Below are positions 1-10,399 of a stretch of DNA of 64,000 nucleotides, piece after piece; positions within the stretch are counted from its first letter, which is position 1; each line of letters begins with the position of its first letter. The position numbers were made by a program, and so were the translations under genes. The stretch spans positions 3,680,001 through 3,744,000 of the forward strand of contig CP181291.1 of the NCBI GenBank assembly GCA_052279835.1, given 5' to 3'. This DNA is from Microcoleus sp. GTDB taxonomy: Bacteria > Cyanobacteriota > Cyanobacteriia > Cyanobacteriales > Microcoleaceae. The notes under the pieces were generated by a model. That model was not told where the DNA came from and did not search any database. It was given only the letters and a program-made list of their open reading frames with translations.

Positions 1-341
1 TCGTCGGAGGGGAAAATTTCCCCTCTATACTTAGCTTTTTGGGCATTTCGATCGGAATGATTGAACAATCTAGGAGCATTCATTCTCAAATACTCCCTAT
101 CTAGAGTTTCCGGATCGTAACAAGCATCAAAATCGTTAGGGTTTGGCTCTATCGTAACAAAACTACCATTAATATAAATAGTCCTACAACCTGCTGCTTT
201 TAACTGGGTCATTGCCAGTTTCAAGCCCCGTATCATGTTCTCTCTTTTAAAATTCGTACCAAATCTCTCGTTGAACTCCTCCCATTCACAGAAATGAACT
301 CCTGGTGGTAGATTGCCGTTTTCATCGAATTCTGGAATCAC
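1..341 (-). CDS. DUF6932-like putative nucleotidyltransferase-fold protein, 3' end outside window
   Basis: Not in ORF track. Manual translation from GTG at 341: MIPEFDENGNLPPGVHFCEWEEF...IYINGSFVT..PNDFDACY, with a GS...DxD motif; frame open to base 1. Confidence 0.7.
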   Translation of the reverse strand, partial: MIPEFDENGNLPPGVHFCEWEEFNERFGTNFKRENMIRGLKLAMTQLKAAGCRTIYINGSFVTIEPNPNDFDACYDPETLDREYLRMNAPRLFNHSDRNAQKAKYRGEIFPSD

Positions 342-457
342 TTGCTCACACTCATTCCACACATTAACGATTTGTCTCTTGATCTTACCATAGCTATCAT
401 TATAACTCACCACTATCCAGACAACCGACTCTGATAGGTGTAGACGCAGAGGTCGCC

Positions 458-650
458 CGATCGGCCTTCACACCAAATACCAAACAGTACGATGATTCTA
501 CCAAGATCGATCGCCCTTTCTTGTTTCTGATGAGCGAGATTCTAAAATAAAAGATCGATCGCCCTTCAAGCTAAATACCAAACATTTCGATGATTGTACG
601 AAGTTCGATCGCCCTTCATGCCAAATACCAAACACTGCGATCGTTGTACG
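458..650. repeat. Degenerate ~49-bp tandem repeat (CGATCGCCCTT..AAATACCAAACA..CGATGATT), with a further copy at ~1755-1797
   Basis: AAATACCAAACA at 475, 573, 623 and 1769; CGATCGCCCTT at 508, 556 and 606. Confidence 0.8.
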
Positions 651-651
651 G

Positions 652-850
652 AGTGGGGGAGGGCGGGTTTATTTAACCTGTCTGCAACCTTTAAAGCTCT
701 TGGTGAACCCTTCGACCCTTCGACCCCAACGACCCTTCGACTCCGCTCAGGGCGACGCTACGCGGTTCCTGCCCTTCGACTCCGCTCAGGAACCGCGGAG
801 TCGAAGGGCAGGACGGCGCTCCGCTCAGGGCATCGCCCGCCCCTACAGCT
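652..850. repeat. REP-like element (GGGCGGGTTT...CCCGCCCCTAC) with nested CCCTTCGACTCCGCTCAGG hairpin repeats
   Basis: Perfect 18-bp inverted repeat at 768-812; near-identical copy at 63261-63301. Confidence 0.75.
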
Positions 851-877
851 TATTGAGAATGGTGCAATATCTCAGTT

Positions 878-1213
878 CTAACTCACTGCAAATTCTGTGA
901 ACTGACGCATATAAGGTGGATGAAACCCAACCACAATATCCGACTTCGGCACACCTATATTAACCAGCTCTTGCCCTAAATCGATTTCTGTTCCATTCTG
1001 CTGAATCCAGATTTTGCCATCCTTAATATCGAGATGTATAGGACAACCGTAAACTCGCTGTTTATTATCCCAACCGACTCGAACAACTTGATAATGATTG
1101 TGTTCTGTGTCAAAAACAACTTGCATCTCCACTTCTCCATAAGAAGGCTTGTATGCAGCATATTTTGTCAGAACTTGTTTGATACAATCCCGATATTTTT
1201 CTACTTTTTCCAT
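878..1213 (-). CDS. xisI: XisI family protein (fdxN element excision factor)
   Basis: VFDTEHNHYQVV.VGW...IHLDIKDGKIWIQ.NGTE...DIVVGFHPP signature; follows xisH. Confidence 0.93.
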   Translation of the reverse strand: MEKVEKYRDCIKQVLTKYAAYKPSYGEVEMQVVFDTEHNHYQVVRVGWDNKQRVYGCPIHLDIKDGKIWIQQNGTEIDLGQELVNIGVPKSDIVVGFHPPYMRQFTEFAVS

Positions 1214-1624
1214 AAAGCTATTACCTCTTCTTCTACGTCATAGACCAATAATTTAAACTGGTAATCATCCACAACAGCGATTGCAAATTCACGCTTGAAG
1301 AAATCGTTATACGCCGTCAAAGGAATTGCCAAAAATAGCTGACGTTGGGGGTCTTTGAATTTTAGTGCTGTACGGTAATTGATAAATTGTCCAACCGCTA
1401 AATGAAAATCTGTTATGGCTGAAGTATTCAAAAAGCTCTTGATTTCTACAGCAATTTTCTCGCCCTGGCGTTCGGCTGCGAGCAAACGTTCCGCCCCCAG
1501 ATCGATTAACATATCAACTCCACCCACACTGATGGAAAGTGGGTCATCTGTAATCTGCAATCTGCCAACCATCCTTTTCCAAGGCAATCTTCACAACATC
1601 ATGAAATTTATCTTTTGCTGACAT
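1201..1624 (-). pseudogene. xisH: XisH family protein, frameshifted by a 7-bp duplication
   Basis: True start MSAKDKFHDVVKIALEKDGWQI at 1624; AATCTGC duplicated at 1552-1565; downstream IDLGAE..KIAVEIKSF; removing 7 bp gives 138 aa. Confidence 0.88.
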
Positions 1625-1871
1625 AAAGCCTTGGTGACAAACAACTATAATTATACTGCCATTAATTGAGATTTGTGAGTGTAATTCAGGTTGCTGACTC
1701 ACCAAATCAAGCCTCGTGTCCGATCGCGCTTTCGTAAGACTTGTTCAAAGGAGTGCGCCCTTGGCACCAAATACCAAACACTGCGATGATTCTACCAGTT
1801 GCAATGCTTGAGTAAAAAGAGCGATCGACACTCGTTATAATCAAAGTATCAATCCTCCACCAGATGCCGCG

Positions 1872-2063
1872 ATGACTATCAAAGAACTCCTCATCCAAGA
1901 AATCGATAGCATCCCTGACGAACTGCTTGCGGATCTTCTCAGCTTGGTGCGATCGCTCAAATCGCCTCCACATCCCCAACTCAATACCTACGAACAACTG
2001 CTAGAACGAATCGACTACCTCGAAGCCATCATCGGCATCCGCAAAGGACTTGAAAGCTTCTGA
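1872..2063 (+). CDS. Small DUF2281-like/antitoxin-like protein, possibly truncated
   Basis: MTIKELLIQEIDSIPDELLADLL N-terminus typical of these small proteins. Confidence 0.55.
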   Translation: MTIKELLIQEIDSIPDELLADLLSLVRSLKSPPHPQLNTYEQLLERIDYLEAIIGIRKGLESF

Positions 2064-2144
2064 AGACACTGAAATTTATACAAGTCTTCTCTAGTTTATC
2101 TCAGAGCAGTTCACGTTTACCAGTATCTCGTGACGAATGACTAA

Positions 2145-2438
2145 CTAATGCAAGAACTTGCGAACTTGATATTCGCGACTTTCGGCGATCGGCATTTGCA
2201 GATCCCCCATTTTCGCATCCAACTCATCGATTAGACTTGGCGACACCGACTTCCACAACTCTTTACTTTCCCAGCGAATCAACATCACCACCTCATTCTC
2301 CACCGGATCTACCCAAGTTTCCTTACCCAAAAAACCGGGTAAACTTCTTAATCCAGCAGTCCAAACTTCTTCATCTCGCTGCATAAATGCTTCCCACTTT
2401 TCGTGAGGCACTTTAAATCTCAGCCACTCGATAACCAT
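2145..2438 (-). CDS. TIGR03792 family (ABM-like) protein
   Basis: MVIEWLRFKV...RDEEVWT..L...PGFLGKE.W; start moved to MVIEW. Confidence 0.8.
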   Translation of the reverse strand: MVIEWLRFKVPHEKWEAFMQRDEEVWTAGLRSLPGFLGKETWVDPVENEVVMLIRWESKELWKSVSPSLIDELDAKMGDLQMPIAESREYQVRKFLH

Positions 2439-2464
2439 AAAAGTTGCCCTTTGTAAATAGCTAA

Positions 2465-4744
2465 TCAACCATTACCGATCGCAATTTTAACAATTACCTC
2501 AGTTCCCCGTCCCGGCTCAGAAATATATTCCAATTTACCACCATGTTTTTCTACTACCAAATGTCGGGATATTGACAAACCCAAACCGGTGTTAGTCCCT
2601 GGGGGTTTAGTGGTAAACAAAGGGTCAAAGATACAACCGAGGACTTCTTCTGTCATGCCAGGCCCGTTGTCGCTAATGGCGATCGCCACTTCGCTTTCCC
2701 CTACCATTTCCGTGCGAATCCGAATTTCGGGATTTGGCATTTTACCTGGGGACTCGTGAGCGGATAAATAAGCATGGTTTTTGATTGTACCAGATTTTTC
2801 GGCATTTTTTACTCCCGTTTCCACGGCATCGATCGCATTGGTTAACAAGTGCATGAACACTTGGTTTAGATGTCCTGGATAGCAATGGACGCGCGGTAAA
2901 TTCCCGTATTCTTTAATTAGAGAAATCCCAGTGCGTCCGCCTTTAGCTTGGAGGCGATTTTGCAAAATCAGCAGAGTGCTATCCAAGCCCTCATGGATAT
3001 CTGCCGACTTCTTTTCGGCTTCGTCAGTACGGGAAAATAGGCGGAGCGATCGCACGACATCGCGAATTCTTTCCGAACCTACCTGCATAGAGTTTAGCAG
3101 TTTCACCAAATCTTTTTTGAGAAAATCTAAGTCTAATTCTTCGATGTAATTTTGAATTTCTGGCACTACACTGGGATAATATTTTTGGTAAAGTTCCACC
3201 AATTGTAACAGTTCTTCAATGTAGCCTCTAGCGTGGCTGACATTGCCGGAAATAAAACTAACTGGATTGTTAATTTCGTGGGCTACTCCAGCCACTAATT
3301 GTCCCAGAGATGACATTTTTTCCGTTTGAATCAATTGAGTTTGAGTGCGCTGCAACACCAACAGCATTTGTTCCAATTTTGCTGCTTGCTGTCGCAGGCG
3401 TTCCTCAGATTCCTGCAAAGCTGAGAGAGCTTGTTTCCTGTCTGTAATGTCCAATCCTACAAACACAGCCATGCTATTTTTTTGGTATTTTTGAGCAACT
3501 ATTAAATAGGTTTTGTTTTCTCCTTTAACGCTGGCTGTTACTTCTTCAGATGTGGTTTTATCATCGCTGGCAAAAAATTTGTATACTAAATCGTTGAACT
3601 TGGAACTTGTTTCTAAAAAACCTACTTTTTGACCGACAAATATTTCAGCAGGCATTTGGTAAGCAGCAGCTAAATGGCGGTTAACTCCCAAGTACCGCAA
3701 ATCGGAACTTACCCAAGAAACTAATCCGGGTACGGCATCCAAGACGGCTTGCAGTTGCTCTTTAGCTTCTAAAAGTGCTAATTGTGCTACTTTGCGATCG
3801 GAGATGTCGCGGGCGATCGCGCAGTAGTATTCTTGACCGTCTGATTCAAAATAATTGACTTTTACTTCTACGGGCAAACTTTTGCCTTCTTTGCTTTGAC
3901 ACAGGGCTTCAAAAGTCAGACTATTTTGTGCCTTAATTTGACTACAGTGAGTCTGCCAATCTACTAAGGATAACTGGGGATTTATATCGCTAACTTTGAG
4001 TTGTTGCATTTCTGACTGAGAGTAGCCGAGATTGCGACAAATAGCTTGGTTGGCGTAGCATATTTGACCTTCTGAGGTAGCGAACAGGACTAGGTCGGCG
4101 CAGGTATCGATCGCCAGTTTCGTGATGTGTGCTGCTGTTTCTAAGCCATCGGTTTGGAGATCCGATGGCAAAGGGCGATCGCCATGATCTGAGGAGATGC
4201 GATCGGCTAGGGAGGAAGTAGATAGAATCAAACCTCCGATCGCCCCGTCGCTATTTTTCCAAGGTTTAAACGCCCATTTGATGGCTGCGCCAGCGGTGCC
4301 GGGCCCGGTTTTGTTGGCGATCGATAATGTCGATCGCGCTTCGACAAACTCGGTATATTCTAAAACACCAGCCAACATAGCGCGGATAGTTTGCTGCCAA
4401 TATTCCGGGAGATGAGGAAACAGTTCCCAATGAGACTTGCCGATGATATGTGGGGCACTTAAGTTACAAGCTGTTTCCCAGGGACGAGAAACAGACAGGT
4501 AGCGCATTTCACAGTCTACCATTGCTACGGCGTCAGGGGAATGCTCCACAAACCGCCGAAATTGCTCTTTACTCTCAGACACGGCTGCCTCTGTCAGTTT
4601 GTGGGTAACGAAGGTTGGACGATCGGCATACCTTTCCAGTACCTGACTTTTTTGCTTAACTGGCCTAGTTTGCACGGTTGGGGAAGTCCTCCTGATCTGT
4701 CTTGTTGGCAAAAAATCAACGCAGAAACCTGGTTTTTCGAGCAA
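2465..4744 (-). CDS. Multi-PAS sensor histidine kinase
   Basis: PAS repeats, H-box GVAHEINNP, LNQVF..LL.NAIDA, DNGPG, FTTKP..TGLGL; start uncertain because the 5' end overlaps a repeat. Confidence 0.92.
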   Translation of the reverse strand: MLEKPGFCVDFLPTRQIRRTSPTVQTRPVKQKSQVLERYADRPTFVTHKLTEAAVSESKEQFRRFVEHSPDAVAMVDCEMRYLSVSRPWETACNLSAPHIIGKSHWELFPHLPEYWQQTIRAMLAGVLEYTEFVEARSTLSIANKTGPGTAGAAIKWAFKPWKNSDGAIGGLILSTSSLADRISSDHGDRPLPSDLQTDGLETAAHITKLAIDTCADLVLFATSEGQICYANQAICRNLGYSQSEMQQLKVSDINPQLSLVDWQTHCSQIKAQNSLTFEALCQSKEGKSLPVEVKVNYFESDGQEYYCAIARDISDRKVAQLALLEAKEQLQAVLDAVPGLVSWVSSDLRYLGVNRHLAAAYQMPAEIFVGQKVGFLETSSKFNDLVYKFFASDDKTTSEEVTASVKGENKTYLIVAQKYQKNSMAVFVGLDITDRKQALSALQESEERLRQQAAKLEQMLLVLQRTQTQLIQTEKMSSLGQLVAGVAHEINNPVSFISGNVSHARGYIEELLQLVELYQKYYPSVVPEIQNYIEELDLDFLKKDLVKLLNSMQVGSERIRDVVRSLRLFSRTDEAEKKSADIHEGLDSTLLILQNRLQAKGGRTGISLIKEYGNLPRVHCYPGHLNQVFMHLLTNAIDAVETGVKNAEKSGTIKNHAYLSAHESPGKMPNPEIRIRTEMVGESEVAIAISDNGPGMTEEVLGCIFDPLFTTKPPGTNTGLGLSISRHLVVEKHGGKLEYISEPGRGTEVIVKIAIGNG

Positions 4745-4790
4745 AATACGGCGTTAAGACCTTTAATTCTGTCAAAAAACCCCGGTTTAT
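4723..4790. repeat. AGAAACC(G/T)GGTTT-type dispersed repeat
   Basis: AGAAACCTGGTTTTT...AAAAACCCCGGTTT; same family at 40836, 42718-42787 and 49833-49999. Confidence 0.7.
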
Positions 4791-5079
4791 TTGCTCAGGA
4801 GTGGGTAAATCCTGAAAAATTCTTTTTAATACAAAAAATGCTTTGTCCCTGATGAACTCGATCGGGTAATACCCTAGAGGGGTCTCACCCATCAGTGATA
4901 TCATTTTTGATCTGGATATGTCTATAGGCTAGCGGAAAATTTCGCTTTAAATTATCAAATTCAAGTATTAACAGCCTGTTTGGGAAATGTCTAAGGGTCA
5001 GCATTCTAAGTATTATTGCGTATTGCCAGAGGGGCAATTCATGGGTTCGCGCAGATTTATAGAGACTCTGAAATTTAAG

Positions 5080-6297
5080 TCAGACAAATTTGTACGTAAA
5101 TTCACAGGTAAAGTCCACTCTTCCTTTCCGTAATATTGCGGGGTCTAGTCTTTCTGTCGTATTGCACGTCATCAAAACTACGAGTTTTTGCTGAAATTGA
5201 ATACCATGTTCATCTATGACACTTTGATACAAAGTTCCATCCAGCAAACTCAGAATATGTTCCGTTTTATTACTGCGTTGGGCTGAAACAGTCGATCGAT
5301 CCTGGGCCAAATTATCAGCTTCATTGATAATAATACAAATCCGCTCTAAATAACTAGGTGGCACAAAATTTTCCACAGCATCGTGGTCTAAGATAAAAAT
5401 CACATAACCAAGGGGGACTAAAATTTCCTTAGCCACGGCTTGGGTCCAGGCAGTTTTGCCAGTCCCTGGTGCGCCGCTGACCAGAACAGCCAACTGATTT
5501 TGGTCAAGAATTGCCTGCTGAACACTATCTGTAAAACTTTGAACATCGGCTGGAAAAGTCCGAATTTGATACTGACTATTCACCTGTCCAACGCGACTTT
5601 TGTATCCACTCAGAATCACTGCTAAATTGTAAGTTGCTTTCCTGACCAGTGGTGCAATGTTTTGGCAAATTAGAGTGTAGCGCCGCTTTCCCCTATCGTA
5701 GCTGTCTATTTGTAACCAGCAGGATGCGTCTGTCCAATAAGCATAAACACTACCCAAAACTTCCAAGCGTTCCCAGCTCGTAAATCGTTCCGGGGGATAG
5801 GAAAAATTTCTGTCCATAAATACCTGGGTAATGGCATCGGGCTTCCCCAGCAAATCCAGAATTTTGAAAATAGTAATTTCTTGGAGTTTGTTGAGAACAT
5901 ATTCGATGGGAATGCTGGCGCGACTGACTAATTGTACCACTGGTGTTTCGGTGGTTAGTACATCTTGGAAGCGATAATTTGGGTAAACTTGCTGGGGAGT
6001 AATGTAATCCCAGAATTCGTCAATTTCGTAACGAGTATTTTCCGAAAATACATTTAAGATATTGGCAAACCAACTATATTGATGTCGTCCCATTGCATCG
6101 GCAATATCGCTGGCTATATCTAAGGTTTTTTGAGTTAATTCCTTGGGGTCTGTCGCCACTAAATGCAGGAAGTGTTCCCACTCAAATTGTCGATATAGAG
6201 GTTGCCAGCCCGCTCCTAGCAAGCCTCGATTTTGAGGAGTCTTTTGAGTGTAATTGTTGTCGTAATCGTTCATATGTATTGGCTTTTTGATTGTCAA
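5080..6297 (-). CDS. AAA+ ATPase with uncharacterised N-terminal domain
   Basis: Walker A GAPGTGKT, Walker-B-like IIINEAD, sensor/Arg-finger TCN...LDPAILRKGRVD. Confidence 0.85.
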   Translation of the reverse strand: MTIKKPIHMNDYDNNYTQKTPQNRGLLGAGWQPLYRQFEWEHFLHLVATDPKELTQKTLDIASDIADAMGRHQYSWFANILNVFSENTRYEIDEFWDYITPQQVYPNYRFQDVLTTETPVVQLVSRASIPIEYVLNKLQEITIFKILDLLGKPDAITQVFMDRNFSYPPERFTSWERLEVLGSVYAYWTDASCWLQIDSYDRGKRRYTLICQNIAPLVRKATYNLAVILSGYKSRVGQVNSQYQIRTFPADVQSFTDSVQQAILDQNQLAVLVSGAPGTGKTAWTQAVAKEILVPLGYVIFILDHDAVENFVPPSYLERICIIINEADNLAQDRSTVSAQRSNKTEHILSLLDGTLYQSVIDEHGIQFQQKLVVLMTCNTTERLDPAILRKGRVDFTCEFTYKFV

Positions 6298-6361
6298 TGA
6301 TGTTTTTTTGGATGTTTTAAATTCAATTTTTTCCCACTAAAATCTCGCAATTAACGGTTTG

Positions 6362-6910
6362 CTAATTGTTGATTATTAGATATTTGGGTGGAACAAAATC
6401 AACTAGCCACACTGCATTATCTGAACAGTAAAATGTGTAGCCATCCCCGTGCATTGCTGCGGTGTCTACAATTAAAACTGCTGGTATGCCGTGTCTGGCA
6501 CCGACTCGGCGCGCCGTTTCAATTGCCGTTGATAAATGAACGTGATGGCGAGACATTTTTCTAATTCCTTCCTTGAGAATAGACTCGACTGCACTGGTAG
6601 TAGTTCCGTGATACAAAGTATCGGGAGGAATGGCTGGTTCTAATTCTAAATCAATCTCTATACTGTGTCCTTGATTCGCACGAATCATCGTCCCTGTGTG
6701 GTCAAAGGAAAAGCGTTGTTTATCGTTTTGCTCTACTACTTCTTGCAGTTGATTAATCTGAATGGGAAAGTTATGTTTTTGGCAAGCATCGAGGAGTTCG
6801 CTCACAGGAACCCAGCCACCGGAAGCGAGTTGAATGCCGATGCGTTCGGGTGTGTGTCGCAGGTGCTTACTGAGATATTTGCTGATTTTAACTAGCCGTG
6901 AATTGTTCAT
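6362..6910 (-). CDS. kptA: RNA 2'-phosphotransferase (Tpt1/KptA)
   Basis: SK.LS..LRH, DKQRF, IRANQGHS, LYHGT, RHHVHLS motifs. Confidence 0.93.
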   Translation of the reverse strand: MNNSRLVKISKYLSKHLRHTPERIGIQLASGGWVPVSELLDACQKHNFPIQINQLQEVVEQNDKQRFSFDHTGTMIRANQGHSIEIDLELEPAIPPDTLYHGTTTSAVESILKEGIRKMSRHHVHLSTAIETARRVGARHGIPAVLIVDTAAMHGDGYTFYCSDNAVWLVDFVPPKYLIINN

Positions 6911-7539
6911 TTAGTTGTTTTTATGTTTAGGCTCGGTTTAGGGTTGGAAGGAAACTGGTTGATCTCAGGTGGAGTGACATGATTCGAGCTGTTAATATTT
7001 TGAATGTCATTGTATATTTTTCTTAACTTATCGTGATTGACTTTTTTATTTAGGCTTCGTTTGTGTATCTAAATTCACAGATATTTTTTCTCAATATGTT
7101 AATCTTCTAGTTCCTCAATACTTTGTTATCTAAACCTCAACACATTGTATTATATATATAATACAACAAAGATACACCTCTGTCAAGGTGTAGAAAAAAA
7201 ATGATGAAAATTGCTACCGATAGGAAGATGCGCCATGGATTACTCCAGCAGCATAAATTATTTATCAAGAATCAATACTTCTGTATTGAGTGCGGGAATT
7301 ACACAAAAAACACCAAAAATCTCAGCAGGCGCTGAGATTGCACAGGGAATAATAACAGTAGGCAACGATGGAGGGGATAGTTATATAATTGATGTGACTC
7401 CAGACTAGGGGCGACTAGGGAGTCCCGTTGAAAATCAAAATCTAGCAAGTATTGCACTCCCAGGCGCGGTAAAAAAAACAGGGGTAATGTCTGTGGGTGT
7501 GAGTGAATAAGGTGTTAGCTATCAGGGAAAAAAACAGCA

Positions 7540-10261
7540 ATGAATATCAAAAAGCAGATTCAGGCTCAAACAGAATTCACAAAACAGGATAGAGTCGATC
7601 GCGATGGCATTAATATTGCCAAAGGCATAGACTCATCTATTCAAGAATGTTTAGATTTGAAAGTAGCGATCGACCGCTCGGCATTGGCGGTAAGAACAGA
7701 TGGGAACGGAATTATCAATTACGTGAGCGATCGAGTTTGCTCGATTTCTCAATATCTGCGAAGCGAACTAATCGGTTGTCACTTTGGTATCCTCCATTCG
7801 GAAGATCAATCTTCGGTATTAATGAGAAATTTGCGGTCAACGGTGACAAAAAGTGAAGTTTGGCAAGGGGAAATTAAAAATCAAACCAAAGATGGCACTG
7901 ATTATTGGGTACATGGAGTAATAGTTCCGTTCCTGGATTTTCAAGGAAAACCTTATCAGTATTTAGCGATCGGATTCGACATCACAAACCACAAAACCGA
8001 GGAAGCAGCACTAGCCCAACTCAACCGCGCCAAAGATGAATTTTTGGGAATCGCTTCCCACGAACTGCGATCGCCCCTGAGCGCCATTTTGGGATGGGTG
8101 CAACTAGCGCGATCGCGGAAATTAAACGAAGCGACTACCACTAGGGCTTTGGAAATAATCGAGCGCAACGCCAAGATACAAAACCAGCAAATAGACAATC
8201 TCCTAGATCTGTCGCGGCTGCTGCGAGGTCAAGTACGGCTCAACATGGTTCGAGTCCACCTCCCATCAGCGATCGAATCGGCGATCGACATTCTCCATCC
8301 CGCAGCAGATGCCAAAAACATCCAAATAGAAAAATCTTTCGATCCCGCCATCGACTATTTTTTGGGAGATGCAGAAACGCTTGCAGCAAATAATCTGGAA
8401 TTTGCTTTCCAACGCGATCAAATTTACCCCGAAATCGGCGGCGGGGGTAGTTCAAATCATGATGGAGTCTGTCCCGTCGGGGGTGCTGATTCAAGTCAGG
8501 GATAGGGGTTGCGGGATCGATGCCAAATTGTTGCCCCACATTTTTGACTACTTCCGCCCCGGAGATAACTGGAATAGCAAGGAACAAAACCGTCTGGGTT
8601 TGGGGCTGTCGATTGTACGCCAGTTGGTGGAACTCCACGGAGGAACTGTGTGGGCTTCGAGTCCTGGTATTGGTGAGGGGGCGACCTTTGGGGTGCAGCT
8701 ACCCATGGTCAATCACCAGAATGTACCAGACGATCGCCTTGGTGCGATCGGTAACAGGAAAAATAAAGACTCATTAGTTCCCCAAGCCTTAGCCGGAAAG
8801 CAAGTGCTGCTGGTGAAGGATAGCGCCGAGAGCGGGGAATATTTGATTTCTGCCTTGGAAGCCTTGGGAGCAAAGGTAACAGCAGTCCGTAGCGTCCCGG
8901 AAGTAATGGCAGAGTTAGCAAAATCATGGCCTGACGTGTTGGTAAGCGATTTGGCGATACCGGAAGCAGAGGGCTGGGATTTGATTCGTCGCGTCAGAGC
9001 CCTGGAAATTTCTGAGCGCAGGGAATTGCTACCGGCGGTGGCGCTGACTGCGGGTGTGGCGGAAGATGATGCAACATGGGCTCAGAAAGCGGGTTTTCAG
9101 AAACATTTGTCCAAGCCGGTGGAACTCAATCAGTTGGTGGGTGCGATCGTTCAACTGGCGGGACTCAAGGGATTTGGCAACTCCCCCTGGAGTCGGGAAA
9201 ATGTCACAGCGATCGCGTCGGAATGCCTTCTAGCTGGAACCCATAGCTCGCAGTCGCCAAAAAACGCAGCCGAATATGTCGATGACTGCCGAGAGTTACC
9301 GCTGTTACTGCTAGTAGAAGACAACTATTTTTTGCTGGCTTACTTGCAAACTTTACTCACTCCTCATTACCGAGTCGCTGTGGCGCGGGACGGAGTAGAA
9401 GGTTTAGAAACTGCCAAAACATTGCGACCCAATTTAATTATCAGCGACCAAATAATGCCCCGACAAGACGGGTTGCATTTACTGAAAGAAATTCGGAATA
9501 CAGCAGAATTGAGTTCAACTCCGGTCATTTTTTTGACAGCTCGCACGGGGATGGAAGCTCGGATTGAAAGTTTGGATGCTGGTGCGGATGATTATATTTC
9601 TAAGCCTTTTGATGAAAGAGAATTACTGGCGAGGGTGAGAAATTTGTTGCGATCGCACGCGGCGGAACAGCAGTTGGTAGCGCTCAACCGTCAGTTGCTG
9701 GAGCAAAAACAGCAGTTAGAAACGGTGAATGAAGCCTTGCATTATTTAGCAACCTATGACAGTTTAACTCAGGTAAAAAATCGTCGGTGTTTTAATGAAT
9801 ATCTCGATACTGAATGGCGGCGTTTGGCGAGGGAAGAAGCTACGCTGTCTTTGATTATGTGCGATATCGATTATTTCAAGCTGTACAACGATACCTACGG
9901 CCACCAAGCGGGGGATGAATGTTTGCGACGAGTGGCTACTGTGCTTCAGTGTTCGGTAAAACGTTCTGCTGATTTAGTGGCGCGTTACGGTGGCGAAGAA
10001 TTTGTAGTAGTTTTGCCGAATACGGATATTCAAGGTGCTGCTTGCGTGGCGGAATTTATCCGTGAAGAAGTGCGGAATTTGCAGATAGTTCACGCTAAGT
10101 CTGCTGTTAGCGAATATGTGACGCTGAGTTTGGGTGTTGCTTGCTGTATTCCCGCACCGATGTCGCAGTCTGGGACGCTGATTGCGATCGCAGATGAGGC
10201 ACTTTATCGAGCTAAAAAAGCTGGGCGCGATCGGGTATCAGTTGCCTCTTTTCCAGAATAG
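7540..10261 (+). CDS. Hybrid PAS-HisKA-HATPase-REC-REC-GGDEF protein, split by a +1 frameshift at ~8375
   Basis: ORF 7540-8505 has PAS and SHELRSPL; ORF 8369-10261 has RLQQIIWNLLSNAIKFT, two REC domains and RYGGEEF with an RSAD I-site; the halves join as GDAE-RLQQ if one A is removed. Confidence 0.88.
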
Positions 10262-10349
10262 TCTCTGGTTTTTTGTTGGTTGAGAGACCTGGGCTTAAAA
10301 AAGGTGTTTTTACCTATTGATTTTTGGTGTTTTTTGGTTTATATTTTAG

Positions 10350-10399
10350 ATAATGGGAGTGGTGACAAAAATAATTATTTTTGTCACCACTCCCATTAT
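10350..10399. repeat. Perfect 50-bp palindrome (possible terminator or cruciform)
   Basis: ATAATGGGAGTGGTGACAAAAATAA|TTATTTTTGTCACCACTCCCATTAT. Confidence 0.9.

Noticed and set aside
458..650. Possible CRISPR array
   Set aside because: Units are degenerate tandem copies without unique spacers, and there are no cas genes in the window.
594..900. ORFs 594-881 and 700-900
   Set aside because: Translations of REP-like repeats (LRLRSG/PFDSAQG).
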